From positions 99,951,333 to 100,015,332 of the forward strand of contig NC_068982.1 in the NCBI RefSeq assembly GCF_001194135.2: a stretch of 64,000 bases of DNA, given 5' to 3'. This DNA comes from Octopus bimaculoides. Lineage: Eukaryota. A program made the translations under genes and the position numbers. The notes under the pieces are model-generated. The model searched no databases. It was not told the origin of the DNA and saw only the letters and a list, made by a program, of their open reading frames with translations. This document shows, one piece after another, positions 23,913 through 38,070 of this stretch (positions are counted from its first letter, which is position 1; every line of letters begins with the position of its first letter).

Positions 23913-24879
23913 GATGAGAAAAGATCAAGAAAAATATAAGAGAGAAGCTCTCTCAGTTAAGTAAGAAGGGAAAATTTGAGGTGGAGTGGCCGTTTTAAGC
24001 CAAGCGATTCATTAATTTTACAGGTTTATGTATTTGTATCTTATTAAAATCATTGTTTCCATCTTAAAGGAATTAAACTTCTTTTATATAAGGTATTCCT
24101 TGCTTCCTATCTCCTTTCTCTCATGCTTTTAATCCATACTTGCTCCTTATAATGTTGAATAGCTCTAGACCTGGTGGGGTTGATGGTGGTGGTGATGATG
24201 ATGATAATGATGTTCAAAGACTTTGTCGATGAGTGGTTTTAAACATGAAGCTGTGCTAGAGAAGATCTGACCCCACTCCCCAACCGCCACAACTCCATGA
24301 CATAGTCTCTCTCATTGGCTTGCTGGTTTGCAAAACCATTGCAACTTTCCATTTACCAATATCTTCTACAAATGTCATGACATTTCCTTTTTGCAGGATA
24401 CTGAGTATCAGGAATGGTTTAATTCTAGTACATTGCATACCAAAAAGCACTTGGTTGCATGCCAGTTACCTCTTTGGTAATCCTAGACGTTGAGAAGTTG
24501 CAGTTGTCAGTTCATTTCCGTATGTACTTGGCATAATTTGAAGCAGTACATTAGATAATTAGTCACTAAAAAATATTAATATACATATTTTGATTATGAC
24601 TAGCATATTTTACTTCTCAGCATTTACCTGTGTGTATGAACAATTTTTTCTGGCCATATGTGAAAACATGCATGTGAGAACATAGTCACACTTAGATGTA
24701 AGCACACACACACACACACACACACACATTGAGAGCGTCTGTGTGTCTCTATCTGTACATATATATGTGTGCGTGTGCGTGTGTATGTGTGTGTGTGTGC
24801 GTGTGTGTGTGTGTATTATATACATACTTAGATATTTATATATAGTAAACCCCATTTTCTTCACGTGGCCACAACCAAG

Positions 24880-24957
<78 letters not shown>

Positions 24958-25020
24958 ATAAATATCAATATATTATATATATATATCTGTGTGTGTGTAT
25001 ATATNNNNNNNNNNNNNNNN

Positions 25021-25074
<54 letters not shown>

Positions 25075-25084
25075 CTAGAGAAGA

Positions 25085-25990
25085 AATTTCAAGCATAGAA
25101 GCAAGGTCTAGAAACAAAGGGCCTTAGAATTAATCCAGCAAAAATCAAGTCTTAGTAAGTAGGCAAGCGGACAAATCACAAATCCCTTCAGGTAGATGGC
25201 CCTACTCGATCTGTAGAAAAGGTGTAGGGGTAGGAACTTCAAAATATGTACCCATGTAAGCTATGGACACAAGAGGTGCAACAATATCAGAGGAAGGTTA
25301 ACAGGGTAAATAGTTTTTTGTGTGTGGAAGGTGCACAGCTACAATTAACACTAAAAATGTACAGAAAATTGACTCTGACAAAAGCCAGGGGAGAAAAATA
25401 AAAGTAATTGATAGCTTCTGTTACCTAGGTGACCTAGTCAGTAGCAGAGGTAGATGCTCCAAGAGAGTAGCTGCTAGAATAAGAATAGGCTGGTTAAAGT
25501 TCAGAGAGCTCCTACCTCTCCCTCAGAGTGAAAGGCAGATAGTACAATGCCTGTGTGTGAACAGCCATACTACATGGCAGTGAAACATAAGCTGTGATCG
25601 CTGAGTATATGCTTGAAAGAAACGAAGCCAGTACGCTTCACTGGATGTGCAATGTCAGTGTGCATGTACAGCAGATTGTAAGCATCTTGAGAGAAAAGTT
25701 TGGCATAAGAGACATCAGATGTGGTGTGCAAGAGCGATGACTGCACATGTATGGTCATGTAATGCCTATGGTCAAGGACCTATCAAGCCAAGTGAGGTCA
25801 TAGTTGTGGCTGATGCCAGTGTTTCATAACTGGCACCCATTCCAGTGGCATGTAAAAAACACCCACTACACACTTGGAGTGGTTGGCATTAGGAAGGGCA
25901 TCCAGGTATAGAAACCATGTCAAATCAAACTGAAACCTGGTGCAGCTCTCCAGCTTACCAGTTTTCAATCAAACCAGCCAACCCATGCTA
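25085..25990 (+). mobile_element. 5'-truncated, decayed RTE LINE, copy 1 (RT C-terminus with PHD insert)
   Basis: KQGLETKGLRINPAK...GRWPYSICRKGV...DSFCYLGDLVSSRGRCSKRVAARIRIGWLKFRELLP, with frameshifts, followed by the RTE tail. Confidence 0.9.
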
Positions 25991-26055
25991 ACAGTCAAAC
26001 TATCCAACACAGCCCAGTGGTCACAGCCCATGCACACAGACATGATTATATGTAT

Positions 26056-27066
26056 ATGTGGAAGCAAGGATTAGAATTGAAGGGCCTTAGAGTCAACCTA
26101 GCTAAAACCAAAGTCCTAATAAGTAGGAAGGTAGACAAAACACAAACCCTTTCAGACAAAACAGAAACTCAATCTGTAGAAAAAGCGTAGGTAGAAACTC
26201 TATAAGATGTACCCAGTGTAAGCTATGGACACATAAGAGGCGCAGCAATATCAAAGGAAGGCTAACTAGGAAAATAGTTTTTGTATGTGGCGGCAGATGC
26301 TTAGGAGCAATAAACACTGAAAATGTTCAGAAAGCAACTTTTGCCACATTCCAGGGAGAAAAACTAGAAGTAGTTGATAGCTTCTGTTATCTAGGTGACC
26401 AAGTTAGTAGCGGGGGAGGGTACGCTGAAAGTGTAGCTGCTAAAGTAAGAATAGCCTGGGCAAAGTTTAGAGAGCTCTTACTTTTGTTGGTGACAAAGGG
26501 CCTCTCACTCAGAGTAAAAGACAGACTATATGACACATGTGTATGAACAGCCATGCCACATGGCAGTAAAACATGGGCTGTGACTGCTGAGGACATGCGT
26601 AAGCTTGCAAGAAATGAAGCCAGTATGCTCTGATGGATGTGTAATGTCAGTGTGCATACTCGACAGAGTGTAAGTATCTTGAGAGAAAAGTTGGACCTAA
26701 GAAGCATCAGTTGTGGTGTGCAAGAGAGACGATTGTGCTGGTATGGTCATGTGATGAGAATGGATGAGGATAGCTGTGTGAAAAAGTGCCACACCCTAGC
26801 AGTTGGACTGGACTGGCTCCTGTTCAGGTGGCATGTGAAAAATACCATTTTGAGCATGGCCGTTGCCAGTACCGCCTGACTGGCCCTTGAGCCGGTGGCA
26901 CGTAAAAGTACCCACTACACTCTCAGAGTGGTTGGTGCTAGGAAGGGCATCCAGCTGTAGAAACTCTGCCAGATCAGATTGGAGCCTGGTGCAGCCATCT
27001 GGTTCGCCAGTCCTCAGTCAAATTGTCCAACCCATGCTAGCATGAAAGTGATGATGATGATGATGA

Positions 27067-27070
<4 letters not shown>
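26056..27070 (+). mobile_element. 5'-truncated RTE LINE, copy 2 (RT C-terminus with PHD insert)
   Basis: WKQGLELKGLRVNLAKTKV...SICRKSVGRNSIRCTQCKLWTHKR...FVCGGRC...DSFCYLGDQVSSGGG...IAWAKFRELL...WYGHVMRMDEDSCVKK, with internal stops, then the 3' tail and (atg)n. Confidence 0.92.
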
Positions 27071-27135
<65 letters not shown>

Positions 27136-28099
27136 CCGGATTTAAATTTTTGCACAAGGCCAATAATTTGCGGGGAGGAGTTAAGTTGATTGCATCAACC
27201 CCAGTACACAACTGGTACTTATTTTACTGACTCTGAAAGGATGAAGAGAAAACTAGACCTCAGAAGAATTTGAGCTCAGAATGTAAAAACGAGTGAAATG
27301 CAGCTCATCATTTTACTCAATGTGTTAATGAATCTGCTAGCTCTAAATGGAAACCTTACCTGTCATTGTGGTCTTGTGGCATGAAGCAAAGCATCCCTTG
27401 TCATCCACTCAAGAAAACACATAGTAAATTGCATTTCTATTACTTTAACTCTTAAAGTTGGTCTCAAACTCAATATGAAATTTTTGAAGTAAGAATACCT
27501 TCAAATCATTCAGAGAAGTTGTTATGTAATGATTTCAAATACTTACAATAGATCTGAACACTGTCATCATGTATTTCTGTCTTTTTCTTGGGTGTAGAAA
27601 GACCTAGAAACTAGTAAAAATTCTCTACATCTAAAGATGCATTTGAATAAAATAAGCTTTGTTTTAATCAAATTCAATTAATCTTCATTCATATATGAGT
27701 AATTTCTGTAAATTTTTCCTGTAAATTCATTTCATTAAACTTGAATTATAAATCTGATATAGAAGCTATGCCACTTTTAGTCTTCAATTTGTTTCACATG
27801 AAAGGATCTTTGTTTTCAGAGAAATCCAAAACTATCTCAAAAAGACTAAGAAAAACAAAATGAAAAATTCCAACTCAGACAGGCACTGTTCAAGAACCAA
27901 TGAACATTTGAGTAGAATAACATGCTATTAAATTCTCCTTTGTTTGTCTTCACAAATGTCTAAATAATTTGTTACTGAGGGAATTGCTTCTGATTTTGTT
28001 AATTGTTGTAAATTCATACTGCAATAAGTTATATAAACAATCACTAATTTTTTTTTTTCTCTTTTGGAAGCTAAATGTTCTCATTATATATGTAAGAAG

Positions 28100-28550
28100 A
28101 ATCTAAATTCCTTTTTAAAAAACCTGTTCTGTAACGAAAATGTTGACTCTCCTTCATTATCTTTTACTAAATTTCTGGAAAATAATAACTCTTCAAGTAT
28201 CTTCTCGTCTTTTGTAAGTGAATATATGCTAACAATAAGGCTTCATCCGCTGCCAAGGTCAACTCATCCAGTTGTAATGAAAATTGAGCAGTCCTCAAAA
28301 AATTAAGTAATGTATCTTCTACAACCTTGTCCATTGCCTTAATTTGTTGCATTGGTTATGTAAGCCACTTGTTTATATCATGGTGCATAGAACCTATCAC
28401 TGGTAACAATGCAACTTTCTAGATTTTGTAACCGGTAATGTAATTTTGTAAGAGATATAACTCATCATTTTCTTGGATTGATGTTGACAAAAACATACTT
28501 GACAACATCAACTGCTTCCAAAATTACTTTCAAAGTGCGTTAAAATAAGA
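28100..28550 (-). mobile_element. hAT (Charlie/Buster-like) transposase fragment
   Basis: AQFSLQLDELTLAADEALLLAYI, then in another frame EELLFSRNL..GES. This matches FS.QLDEST...ALLL.YVR...EELLF of hAT/Buster transposases. Confidence 0.8.
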
Positions 28551-29949
28551 TAAATCTTTATTTGTCTTGTCAGCAGAGACCTTTACACATCCTCTTCTAA
28601 TCTTATAGATTCGTTGAAAAATACTTTTTGGTAAATCAGATACATTGGTATTTTATTTATCATATCCATTTGTGATCTAATATAAAGATTCGTAATTTCA
28701 TGCTGCATCAAGAAATGATGGTAACCGTTCTTGAATTTGAACATATTTGTTGATGACAGAACCAAACTATCTGTTAAATGCTCAACCCTATATTGCTGAG
28801 ATTTCCTTTTTGGTTCTCCCATGGTTATAACTATAAAAAATATATTATTATAAAAATATGCATTATTTATTTTTATATATTATTCTTAAATAAGATCATG
28901 GTAACACAGTGTTTAATGCAGGGGACAGTTCTGCATGCATCTCCTAATTTGTATTCTTTGCCTCTGCATCTCTCTCCACTCTTTTACCTTCCAAAGCCTT
29001 TTACAACTTCTTGCCTTTCAATGTCTCTTTAAATTTTTTAGCAAACCCATACAAATGGCCATGCTACTTTGGAAATCATCAATATACAGACTCATCCATT
29101 GACTCATATGAGATTTTCTAAATAACTACTGGCAGGTTTCATATTTTGGGATCATAATCTGCTATAGGTTCGAGCCTTATAGAACTATTATATATCATTG
29201 GTGTTGAGTAAATCCACTTGTTGCATGTACTTTTTATCTTACTGCCATTCTAACGTAACTCTGTGCTAAATACTGAAATAAATTCCTCCCCACCACTGTA
29301 TTGTTCTGGAACTCAATCTTTACCTCAGTTTTTCCAAAAGTTCAAACTGAATTTAACCAACTGTTCCTATTCCAACTCCTTGGGTTGATTTATGAAAATA
29401 AAATATGAAGTTATAAACACGAAGTAAGATGAAATAAAAATCCTCTAGTTGTTTTTGTCTAAACCCCTGTCAACTTATTGATCAAAGAAGCCATGATCAA
29501 AAAAGCACTCCAGCCATGACTTTCATGTCTTTTATTTATCAAGAATCACATTATCCAATGTATCTTTTTCCTTTTAAGATAGTAGAGTGTGACTTGAGGT
29601 AGATTTCGTAATAATTTTCAGCAACAAGCAAATCTATGTAGGGGTTTCTTCAACAGTTGCCTTGCTGGCTATAGAGATTTTATTGAATAAAAAAGTTACC
29701 AAGTTGTTGATGTTATTGTAGATTAAGAGCTGGGTGCTGAAGTATACACACACTTTCATTTGTAATTAACGTAATCTAATTGAAGTAGAAAACATATTTT
29801 ATCTAAACACAATCCTGGAAACACCAACAAACAATGGTTATTGAAGTTGTATAAAAAAAAACAACCTATTATTCTTCTTTGATATATGATATTAACTTGA
29901 GCAGTATATCTTTTTCATTAACAATCTACTTACAAAGCAGTTGTTAGTA

Positions 29950-30330
29950 CATTACTCTCTTTACTCTTTTTACTTGTTTCAGTCATTTGACTGCAGAGCA
30001 CCGCCTTTAGTCGAGCAAATTGACCCCAGGACTTATTCTTTGTAAGCCTAGTACTTATTCTATCGGTCTCTTTTGCCAAACCGCTAGGTTACAGGGATGT
30101 AAACACACCACTATTGGTTGTCAAGCGATGTTGGGGGGACAAACACAGACACACAAACCTATACACACTCATACATATATATATATATACGACAGGCTTC
30201 TTTCAGTTTCTGTCTACCAAATCCATTCACAAGGCTTTGGTCGTGCCCAAGGTGCCACACAGTGGGAATGAACCCGGAACCATGTGGTTGGTAAGCAAGC
30301 TACTTACCACACAGCTACTCCTGTGCCTAT
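29950..30330 (-). mobile_element. Near full-length SINE family A
   Basis: tRNA-like head, internal TA/CA microsatellite, and a tail ending gcagtcaaatgactgaaacaagtaaaagagtaaag. Confidence 0.92.
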
Positions 30331-30593
30331 ATTAGTAACTCTATTAATAAACTTTGTATAAGTAACACAAATTTGGCTTCTTTTTATCTTATTGCTATTT
30401 TCAACATGGTTTTGCTTCAAAAAATGTATGAACATCACTTGATCACATTTCTTTTTTCACTCTAAATCTAAGGTTTTATGTCCTTATCAGAAATTATTGA
30501 TGTTAAAACAGTGCACAGCTGTTGGCCCAGAAACAGCATGGGAAGACCACATGCACTAATTCACTTCTTTGACATACACACACATACACAAAT

Positions 30594-30634
<41 letters not shown>

Positions 30635-31329
30635 CACACACAAACACACACACTGCAATATTTATGTCTCTTTATAACTGATCTTTGATTATCTCATGGT
30701 TGACTTTTGTCTTTCATCTCTTAAGGGTTGATAAAATAAGTACAAGCCATGTAAGAAAGTCAGTTCAGTTGATTATAACCATTCTTTCAAATCTGTATCC
30801 TTAAGCTAAAATTAGGTATCAACATATTGGGTTGATTTAATTGGCATTGCCTGTTTCATTATAAAAATTAACTGCCACATGTGAGAAGAAATCTAGTATT
30901 ACAGATCCGGAAGTGTTTTTTTGTTTTAATATAAAAATCTGAAGGACTGTTGGGAAGGCCTGTAGATCAACACCTACAAGAAAAACCTGTATGAGAAGAG
31001 ACTTACAGAGACTTAATGCACTATGAAAGAAAAATTGAGCAAAATGGTTACTATGGTGCCTGGAGTGGGAAGTAGAGGTGAAATGGAATGGAATGACACA
31101 TAAGATTTGTGTAAAGGGGAGTAATTGGTGTTCAGTGATATGGAAGTAGCTAGTTTTGAGGTCTTGTAGAAGTAACACAACAGGCACAGAGAGAAACAAC
31201 ATGTCTTTGGAGGTCAAAGGTTGTAGTATGCTGAGAAGTGATTTTGTTTTTTTTTTTGCAACAGTCAGATAACCCTTTATTTCACGTGGTGCAAATACAC
31301 AAGAATGCAGAACCAAATAATTTCTAATA

Positions 31330-31950
31330 TTAATATTTTTCCTCATTTTGCGGAGAGTGGAAAGTCGACTACACTGACCCCAGTATTTGCCTAGTACAAA
31401 TTTTACTCACCCCAAAAAGGCAAAGTCAACCTTAGCAGAATTTGAATTCAGAGCATAAAGGGCCTATAAAAATACTGTTGAGCATTTTGCCTGACATGCT
31501 AACAATTCTGTCAGCTCACCATCTTTAGTTTCAAATTTTGGTACAAGGCCAGAGAATTTTAAGGGAAAGGAGCAAGTCAATTACATCATCTCCAGCATTT
31601 GACCAGTACTTATTTTATTGACAGAAAGGGACGAAAGGCAAAGTTAACTTTGAACTTAGTATCTAATGAATCAAAAGAAGTGTTTCAAAGCATTTTGTCT
31701 GATGTGCTAACAATTTTGCCAGCTGACCACCTTCTTTCCAATATTGGTTTTAAATTTTTGGCGCAACGCCAGCAATTTCAGGTATGTAGGGTAAGTTGAT
31801 TACATCAGACCCAGTGCTCAACTGATACTTATTTTATCAACCTTGAAAGGATGAAAGGTAAAGTCAACCTGTGCAGAATTTGAACTCAGAATGTAAAGAT
31901 AGACAAAATGCCACTAAGCATTTTGCCCAGTGTGCTTGCTGCCCTCTTTC
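31330..31950 (-). mobile_element. Three head-to-tail SINE family M copies
   Basis: Repeated cacaaggc...cccagt...gaaaggcaaagtcaacct...gaatttgaactcaga...ctaagcattttg units. Confidence 0.8.
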
Positions 31951-33130
31951 AATATTGATTATCATCATCATCATCATCATCGTTTAACATCCGCTTTCCA
32001 TGATAGCATGGGTTGGACGATTTGACTGAGGACTGGTGAAACCAGATGGCTACACCAGGCTCCAATCTGATATTAAAAGATATTTTATGTTTCTGTGATC
32101 CAGTTTCAAAACCAACTGGGATCAATTTTGCTTTTTATCCTCTTGGGTAAATAAAACAAACACCAGTAGCTTTTCAAAAAAAAAGTTTATAGTCTACTTT
32201 GAGGAAGACAAGCTTTGCACATGACATTTCAGAGCCTCTAAGGAGTGAAGGAAGAAAGTAAGACTAAGAGATTGTTGCAGTAGGAAGTAACATACCAATA
32301 AACTGAGTTAGCTAACATTGGACAGGAGACTCTGTCGGAATATTTGCAACAAGAGCTGACTCTTGTATACTTAAGGTATCCAAGGTGCAGCTGGTGGCCA
32401 TAAACTAGGAAACAGATTAGGTATCAGACTCAAGTATACTGGCATTCATTCAATAGTGAATAAAAATAAAGCTACAGGGGGGGGGGGGGAAGAAAACCAG
32501 TCACAATTTAGGCTAGGTAGAAAAGTCAGCAAAAATGTCAAATTTCATTTTAAATACCACAGATAACGGTTAAAGTAATTAATCAAATATTTTAAGTTGC
32601 TTATTAACTGACAATACAATGACTTTATACACCGTGTTAACACTACATAACACCCATTACACATATGTGAAAAATAGCAGGGTGGGGTGTTATTCAATAT
32701 CTTATACTTGTACTCTATCAGAACTGTGTCCTTGTGTCAAAGTAATATATCATTATTAATTGTCAAAAGCAAAAGAGAAAACAAAAAGCTAAGTAGGCCA
32801 TTGATACTGTTTCCCTGGAAAATATCATTAATCCTTCCCAACTTCTTCAAACTATTATTTCTTGTGAGTTTTTAAAGGTAATTAATAAAATTTATGATGG
32901 GAAATCAACCTGCTGAATATAATTTCCAGAATATTCTTTCTCAACAGTTACCAATTATGCAGTTAATAGACCAGTTTTTAACAAACTTTCACCTCTCTCT
33001 TATCTCTTTGATAACTTTCATTCTCACCAACCAGTCTTTCTCTCTTTCATTTCCTGCTTTCTCTCTTTTTATTTCAGCTTCTAATGTGTGTGTATGTGTG
33101 TGGGGGGATGTGTGTGTGTGGGGGGGGGGA

Positions 33131-33169
<39 letters not shown>

Positions 33170-33594
33170 CTTAGTTGAGTGGTTAAGGGTTTTGTTTCGT
33201 AACTATGATGTACCAGGCTTGATCTCATTGATTGGTATCTATCAGATTGGTGTATAAAGATGTGTGTGTGTGAAGGTGCATGGCTTAGTGGTTAGGAAAA
33301 TCAGTTCATGACTGTAAGGTCATGAGTTCGATTCCCAGCAGCGTGATGTGTCCTTGAGCAACACTTTATTTCATGTTGTTCCAGTCCACTCAGCTGGCAA
33401 AAATTAGTTATACCTGTAATTCAAAGGGTTGACTTTGTTACATTCTGTGTTACACTGAATCTCCCTGAGAGCTATGTTATCGGTACTTATGTCTGTGGGG
33501 TGTTCAGCCACTTGCATGTTAATTTCACAAGCAGGCTATTCCCTTGATCGGATCAACTGGAACCCTTATTGTCGTAATCAACAGAGTGCCATAT

Positions 33595-33642
<48 letters not shown>

Positions 33643-33969
33643 AGAATGAAAGAAAGGAGCACTTGACACATTTGGTTGGAGTTACATGCATTTAAGAACA
33701 GTTTGACTCAGCTGCTCATTACTCAAAGTTTCATGAGTGTATGACATCACCACATCATCAGATTTCAGAAGCAGATGATTCCTGTGTCTTTGTGCTTCCT
33801 CATTGTCAATTGTATTTCTGACTTTCTGTCCATGACCTCTCAGTTGACTATTTAGTCCCATAGCAAATCTGCATAGTTTGAAACATAGGTGACAGATGAA
33901 AGTTGTAACTTACTGTACACTTCCAACTGATTAAGTTTGCACATGTTGCCACTCTTCCACTCTTCAGTA

Positions 33970-35115
33970 GATCATCATCGTCGTCGTCGTCGTCATTTAA
34001 CGCCCATTTTCCATGCTGGCATGGGTTGGACGGTTTGACTAAGGTCTGGAAAGCCAGCAGCTGCACCAGGTTCCAATCTGATCTGGCAATGTTTCTACAG
34101 TTGGATGCCCTTCCTAACACCAACCACTCCAAGAGTATAGTGGGTGCTTTTTAAGTGCCACTGGACGTCACCATAAAGAGACATCCATACATCATTGTAT
34201 TATGTGATAAATGCTTGTACAACATGAGTGCCACTCTCTGAGCATCTGTGATTAGTACCTAATGACAGGCCAAAGTAGGATGACCAGTAATCACGTGAAA
34301 CTGCAAGTTTTATACCAGAGTGTCCCTCTCCTAGAAAGATACTGTGACAGCAGCTAAGGATCTCTCATTCTCAGAGATTTTACTGTACAGTCTGACACCA
34401 ACCAAAAGTATCTCTGCTCCTTAACACTCAGATGGATTGTCAACACATATGCTAATTAACCCATAGTTTGGGTCGCTGACAAGTGCTACTACTCCAGGTC
34501 AGAGTAGCCCTGGGAAGAACAGTGGCTAAAAAGTGGTTCCACAATCCTCATAACCTAAAAACTCCCAAACCAGAGCACCACTACTGGATGCACTTTAAAG
34601 CCATACATGCATACATACATTCATGCATGCATACATAATGTATGCACATATTCATACAGATATGTAAATATACATATACACACATATACGAGTGGGTGCT
34701 GAAAAGTTCTTGGGTTTGGGTAAAAACAAAATACAGGAGGATCAGTTAATCATGATCTTATTTAACATATTACCCTCTCAGATTCACAACTTATTGCAGT
34801 TTTTCTAAGCCCTGCAAATGAACTTGGAAAGTTACATATATATGTATATTTATATATATATATTTGCATATGTACATATATATATATATCATCATCATCA
34901 TCATCATCATCATCATCGTTTAACATCCACTTTCCATGCTAGCATGGGTTGGACGATTTGACTGAGGACTGGTGAACCAAATGGCTACACCAGGCTCCAA
35001 TCTGATTTGGCAGAGTTTCCACAGCTGGATGCCCTTCCTAACGCCAACCACTCCAAGAGTGTAGTGGGTGCTTTTACGTTCCACTGGCACGAAGGCCAGT
35101 CAGGAGGTACTGGCT

Positions 35116-35120
<5 letters not shown>
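33970..35120 (-). mobile_element. Two RTE-tail copies (33970-34165, 34890-35120) and a partial mariner MITE (34686-34830)
   Basis: RTE tail motifs. The mariner-type TIR tacgagtgggtgctgaaaagttc matches the MITE at 55121-55326. Confidence 0.75.
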
Positions 35121-35181
<61 letters not shown>

Positions 35182-35930
35182 TACGTATGTACATACGTAC
35201 ATACATACATACATATACAGATATATACTGATAATAAGGAAAACAAAGAATTTAAACATTTAGACTTCCTGCTTGGTTTATTCACAATAATTGTCCGACA
35301 TATTTGATCATATCAATTGCAAATTATTGCATATTTTGTATGCAGGGATTTATGCTTAATTTGTACGATCTGTTCAGGGTGAATAAGGGTGTCACTGTTC
35401 AAGGAGTGATTCTTCCTGTTATTAGTTTGAATCAGGCTTGGTAGTGGTAGTAATAAAGCATCTTGTTTAATGATGAGTTACTATTCACAACTGATTGTTT
35501 GTGTAAAAATCTGATAGCACCAGCAGTAGTCTTTTTTGATGCTGACAAATTTTACTGGACCTTTTGGGAGTGGTTATTTACAGATGGAAATAGTAGTGGC
35601 TGATTACAGGTTAGCAGGCACCATGTGGTTAATAAAACGAAGTAGTCAATTGTAAATTTTTCAATTTAATTACTCTTATTGTTTTAAAGAGTTGAATGGC
35701 TAGAATTACATGGTTCTTGCATTCTATTATTCATATTTTTTAAAAATAAGATGTAGTTTGTGCAAGCAATTAAAACTTCTTTCTTGTCTAGTATTAACTA
35801 ATTCATTTTTGAAAGTAAATATTTGGTATAATTCTAGGCATAAATTTCATTTTCCGTCCCCTATTTTGTAAGGTCTTGCAGTACTAATAATTTCCAATTT
35901 TAATGAATATTTAATATTTTCATCTTTCAG

Positions 35931-35993
35931 TGACAATATAAGTTTACTAAGACATGTTGAAAACTTCGTAGAATTATTTCTAAATGAACTTTC
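35931..35993 (+). CDS. Candidate exon 4 (DNISLLRHVENFVELFLNEL)
   Basis: Good acceptor attttcatctttcag but weak donor TC|gtgatt. Phase 2 in and out, so it fits between exons 3 and 5. Confidence 0.3.
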
Positions 35994-36228
35994 GTGATTT
36001 GCTATTCTTTGTTTTATGAAGCATGAGCTAGCGCCTATACAGTATTATTTATTTGTATCTGTTTTTACTACACATCTATAGACAGTGTTTTTTATTCTAC
36101 ATTTTAGAATTTGCATTGTGTTCTTGTAGCACAACCTCAAATTTCTATGTATTAAACTTACTATGTCTTCATCATTAGATTTTATCATGTTTGTGCTTGT
36201 TCTATATTTTTGCTGATTGTTGTTGTTG

Positions 36229-36283
<55 letters not shown>

Positions 36284-36899
36284 TATTATTATTATTGTTG
36301 TTGTTGTTGTTTTCAAAATAGTTGTTTATATATTTGAGGTTTTCATTAGGTTTGTGGTATGGTCAGTAAGTATTAAACTTTAGATCTAATGTTATATCCA
36401 AGAAGTTTACTGCATTGTGTTCTTATTCAATTGATATGCTAAATCCTAAGTGTTTGAAGAATTTTTTCTATATTTTTCTATATCCTTATTTGAGGGGTTA
36501 TGCAGTGTGAAAAGTGTATTATATTGTAATCAGTCACTACTACAGTAATCCTTTAACTATCATGGGTGTTATGTTCCAAACCCCTCCCCCACCATAGCTG
36601 AAAATCCATGAAGTAGAAACAGTACTGTACTGTATATATTTTTTAATTATTTTTATAATTTGTATATATTTATTTTGAGGTGTCCTGAAGGACAACCTAG
36701 ATAGATAGATAGATATTTATTCTATTATAAATGCAAAACAACACCACGGAGGATTTGATGTAGGCTTAAATAATAAATTGTGATAGATGAACCACAATAT
36801 GGTGAGGGATTACTGTAATTCCATCACAATTTAAATAGAACAACCAACACTGAAATCTATTTAAAATATTATATGACTAAGGAATGTAGAATAATTCAA

Positions 36900-37420
36900 A
36901 GGAAAAGTGTTCTATAAATAACCACTCCCAAATGGTCCAGTAAAATTTGTCAAAGTGGCTGGTGTACTACATGGAAGTCCTCCAATCTGAAAGTGTTCAG
37001 AATCCTTGTCACCACCTCCATCATCTTCAAAACAACTGCCTCTGAAGTTCTCCTTCAGTTTGGGGGAACAACCAAAAGTCACAGGGAGCAAGATTTAGAA
37101 TGTTGCATGGGTGAGGGACAGTTTTGATGTCCAATAGACTGTTACCATTACTGAGCACCATGAGAAAAAACTTTGCATGAATTTTGCTCATGTATAGATC
37201 TTCATGGATAATCCTATGTACAGTTGCCACACCAACTCCAAACTGAACACTTACTGCCTTTATAGTCGCAATTGTCTCCACCTAGAAAACTGTAAATTTT
37301 CTCAACCAGCTCTGATGTTCTCCTCCTACATCTCTCATTTCCTCTCTACTGACTTTGAACCTCTTGTGCCAGCAAGAAAGTTAATCCATAAGCAGTCTGG
37401 AGAATTTCATAAGTTTCTGT
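36900..37420 (-). mobile_element. Internally deleted mariner transposase remnant
   Basis: GVGVATVHRIIHEDLYMSKI (HTH region) joined to VPHPCNILNLAPCDFWLFP (cf. the mariner PHPPYSPDLAPCDFWLF motif). Confidence 0.85.
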
Positions 37421-37459
37421 AGTATTTTTGCCCAGTTTAACACAAAACTTTTTACTTAG

Positions 37460-37541
37460 CTGTAACAAGCAGTGGTGTTTAGTAGGGTATGTTCAAGGTT
37501 CTGTTACAACCATCTCCTTTAGTCTGGAAGAGCAAAAGTTG
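37460..37541 (+). CDS. Candidate exon 5 (CNKQWCLVGYVQGSVTTISFSLEEQKL)
   Basis: Acceptor ctttttacttag and donor TTG|gtaagt. One open frame, phase 2 in and phase 0 out. Confidence 0.45.
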
Positions 37542-38070
37542 GTAAGTCAGTTTATTAGATGTATAGTTTATAATAAACTAAAATTACAAAAATCTAGGAC
37601 AGCTATAACTGCCTCTCCTGAAAAAAAGCTTCAAAATTTCTGGAATGCATCCTGTGAGTCTCATTAAATTTCTCCAAGACAAGACTATTGATGACTTCAT
37701 ATAAATATTTTTTCTGCCTGAAATCAGAGGTACAAATTAAAGTGAAATGCCCCAGATTTGGAGCTTACAACCATTCTTCAACAGTCCAATGGAGTCTTTA
37801 TGTGGTCTTTTGATCTGCTAAAAATAGCAGTTAAATTCGCTCATATAACATTTGCCATCTTTGATAAAGGACATGTAGCAGAATGTGATACTGAAGTATC
37901 TGTGTAGTTGTGAAAAGTAGCAAATAATGTTAGGTATGTTGGACGGATATCAATGAAAAACAATGAAGAGGAAAGGAATGTGGTTTACATCATTTATTTG
38001 GCCATAAATTGTATTCACTTGTTTGATACTTGAAGCTTGATTTAAAATATGAACAAATAGGCTGCTATAT

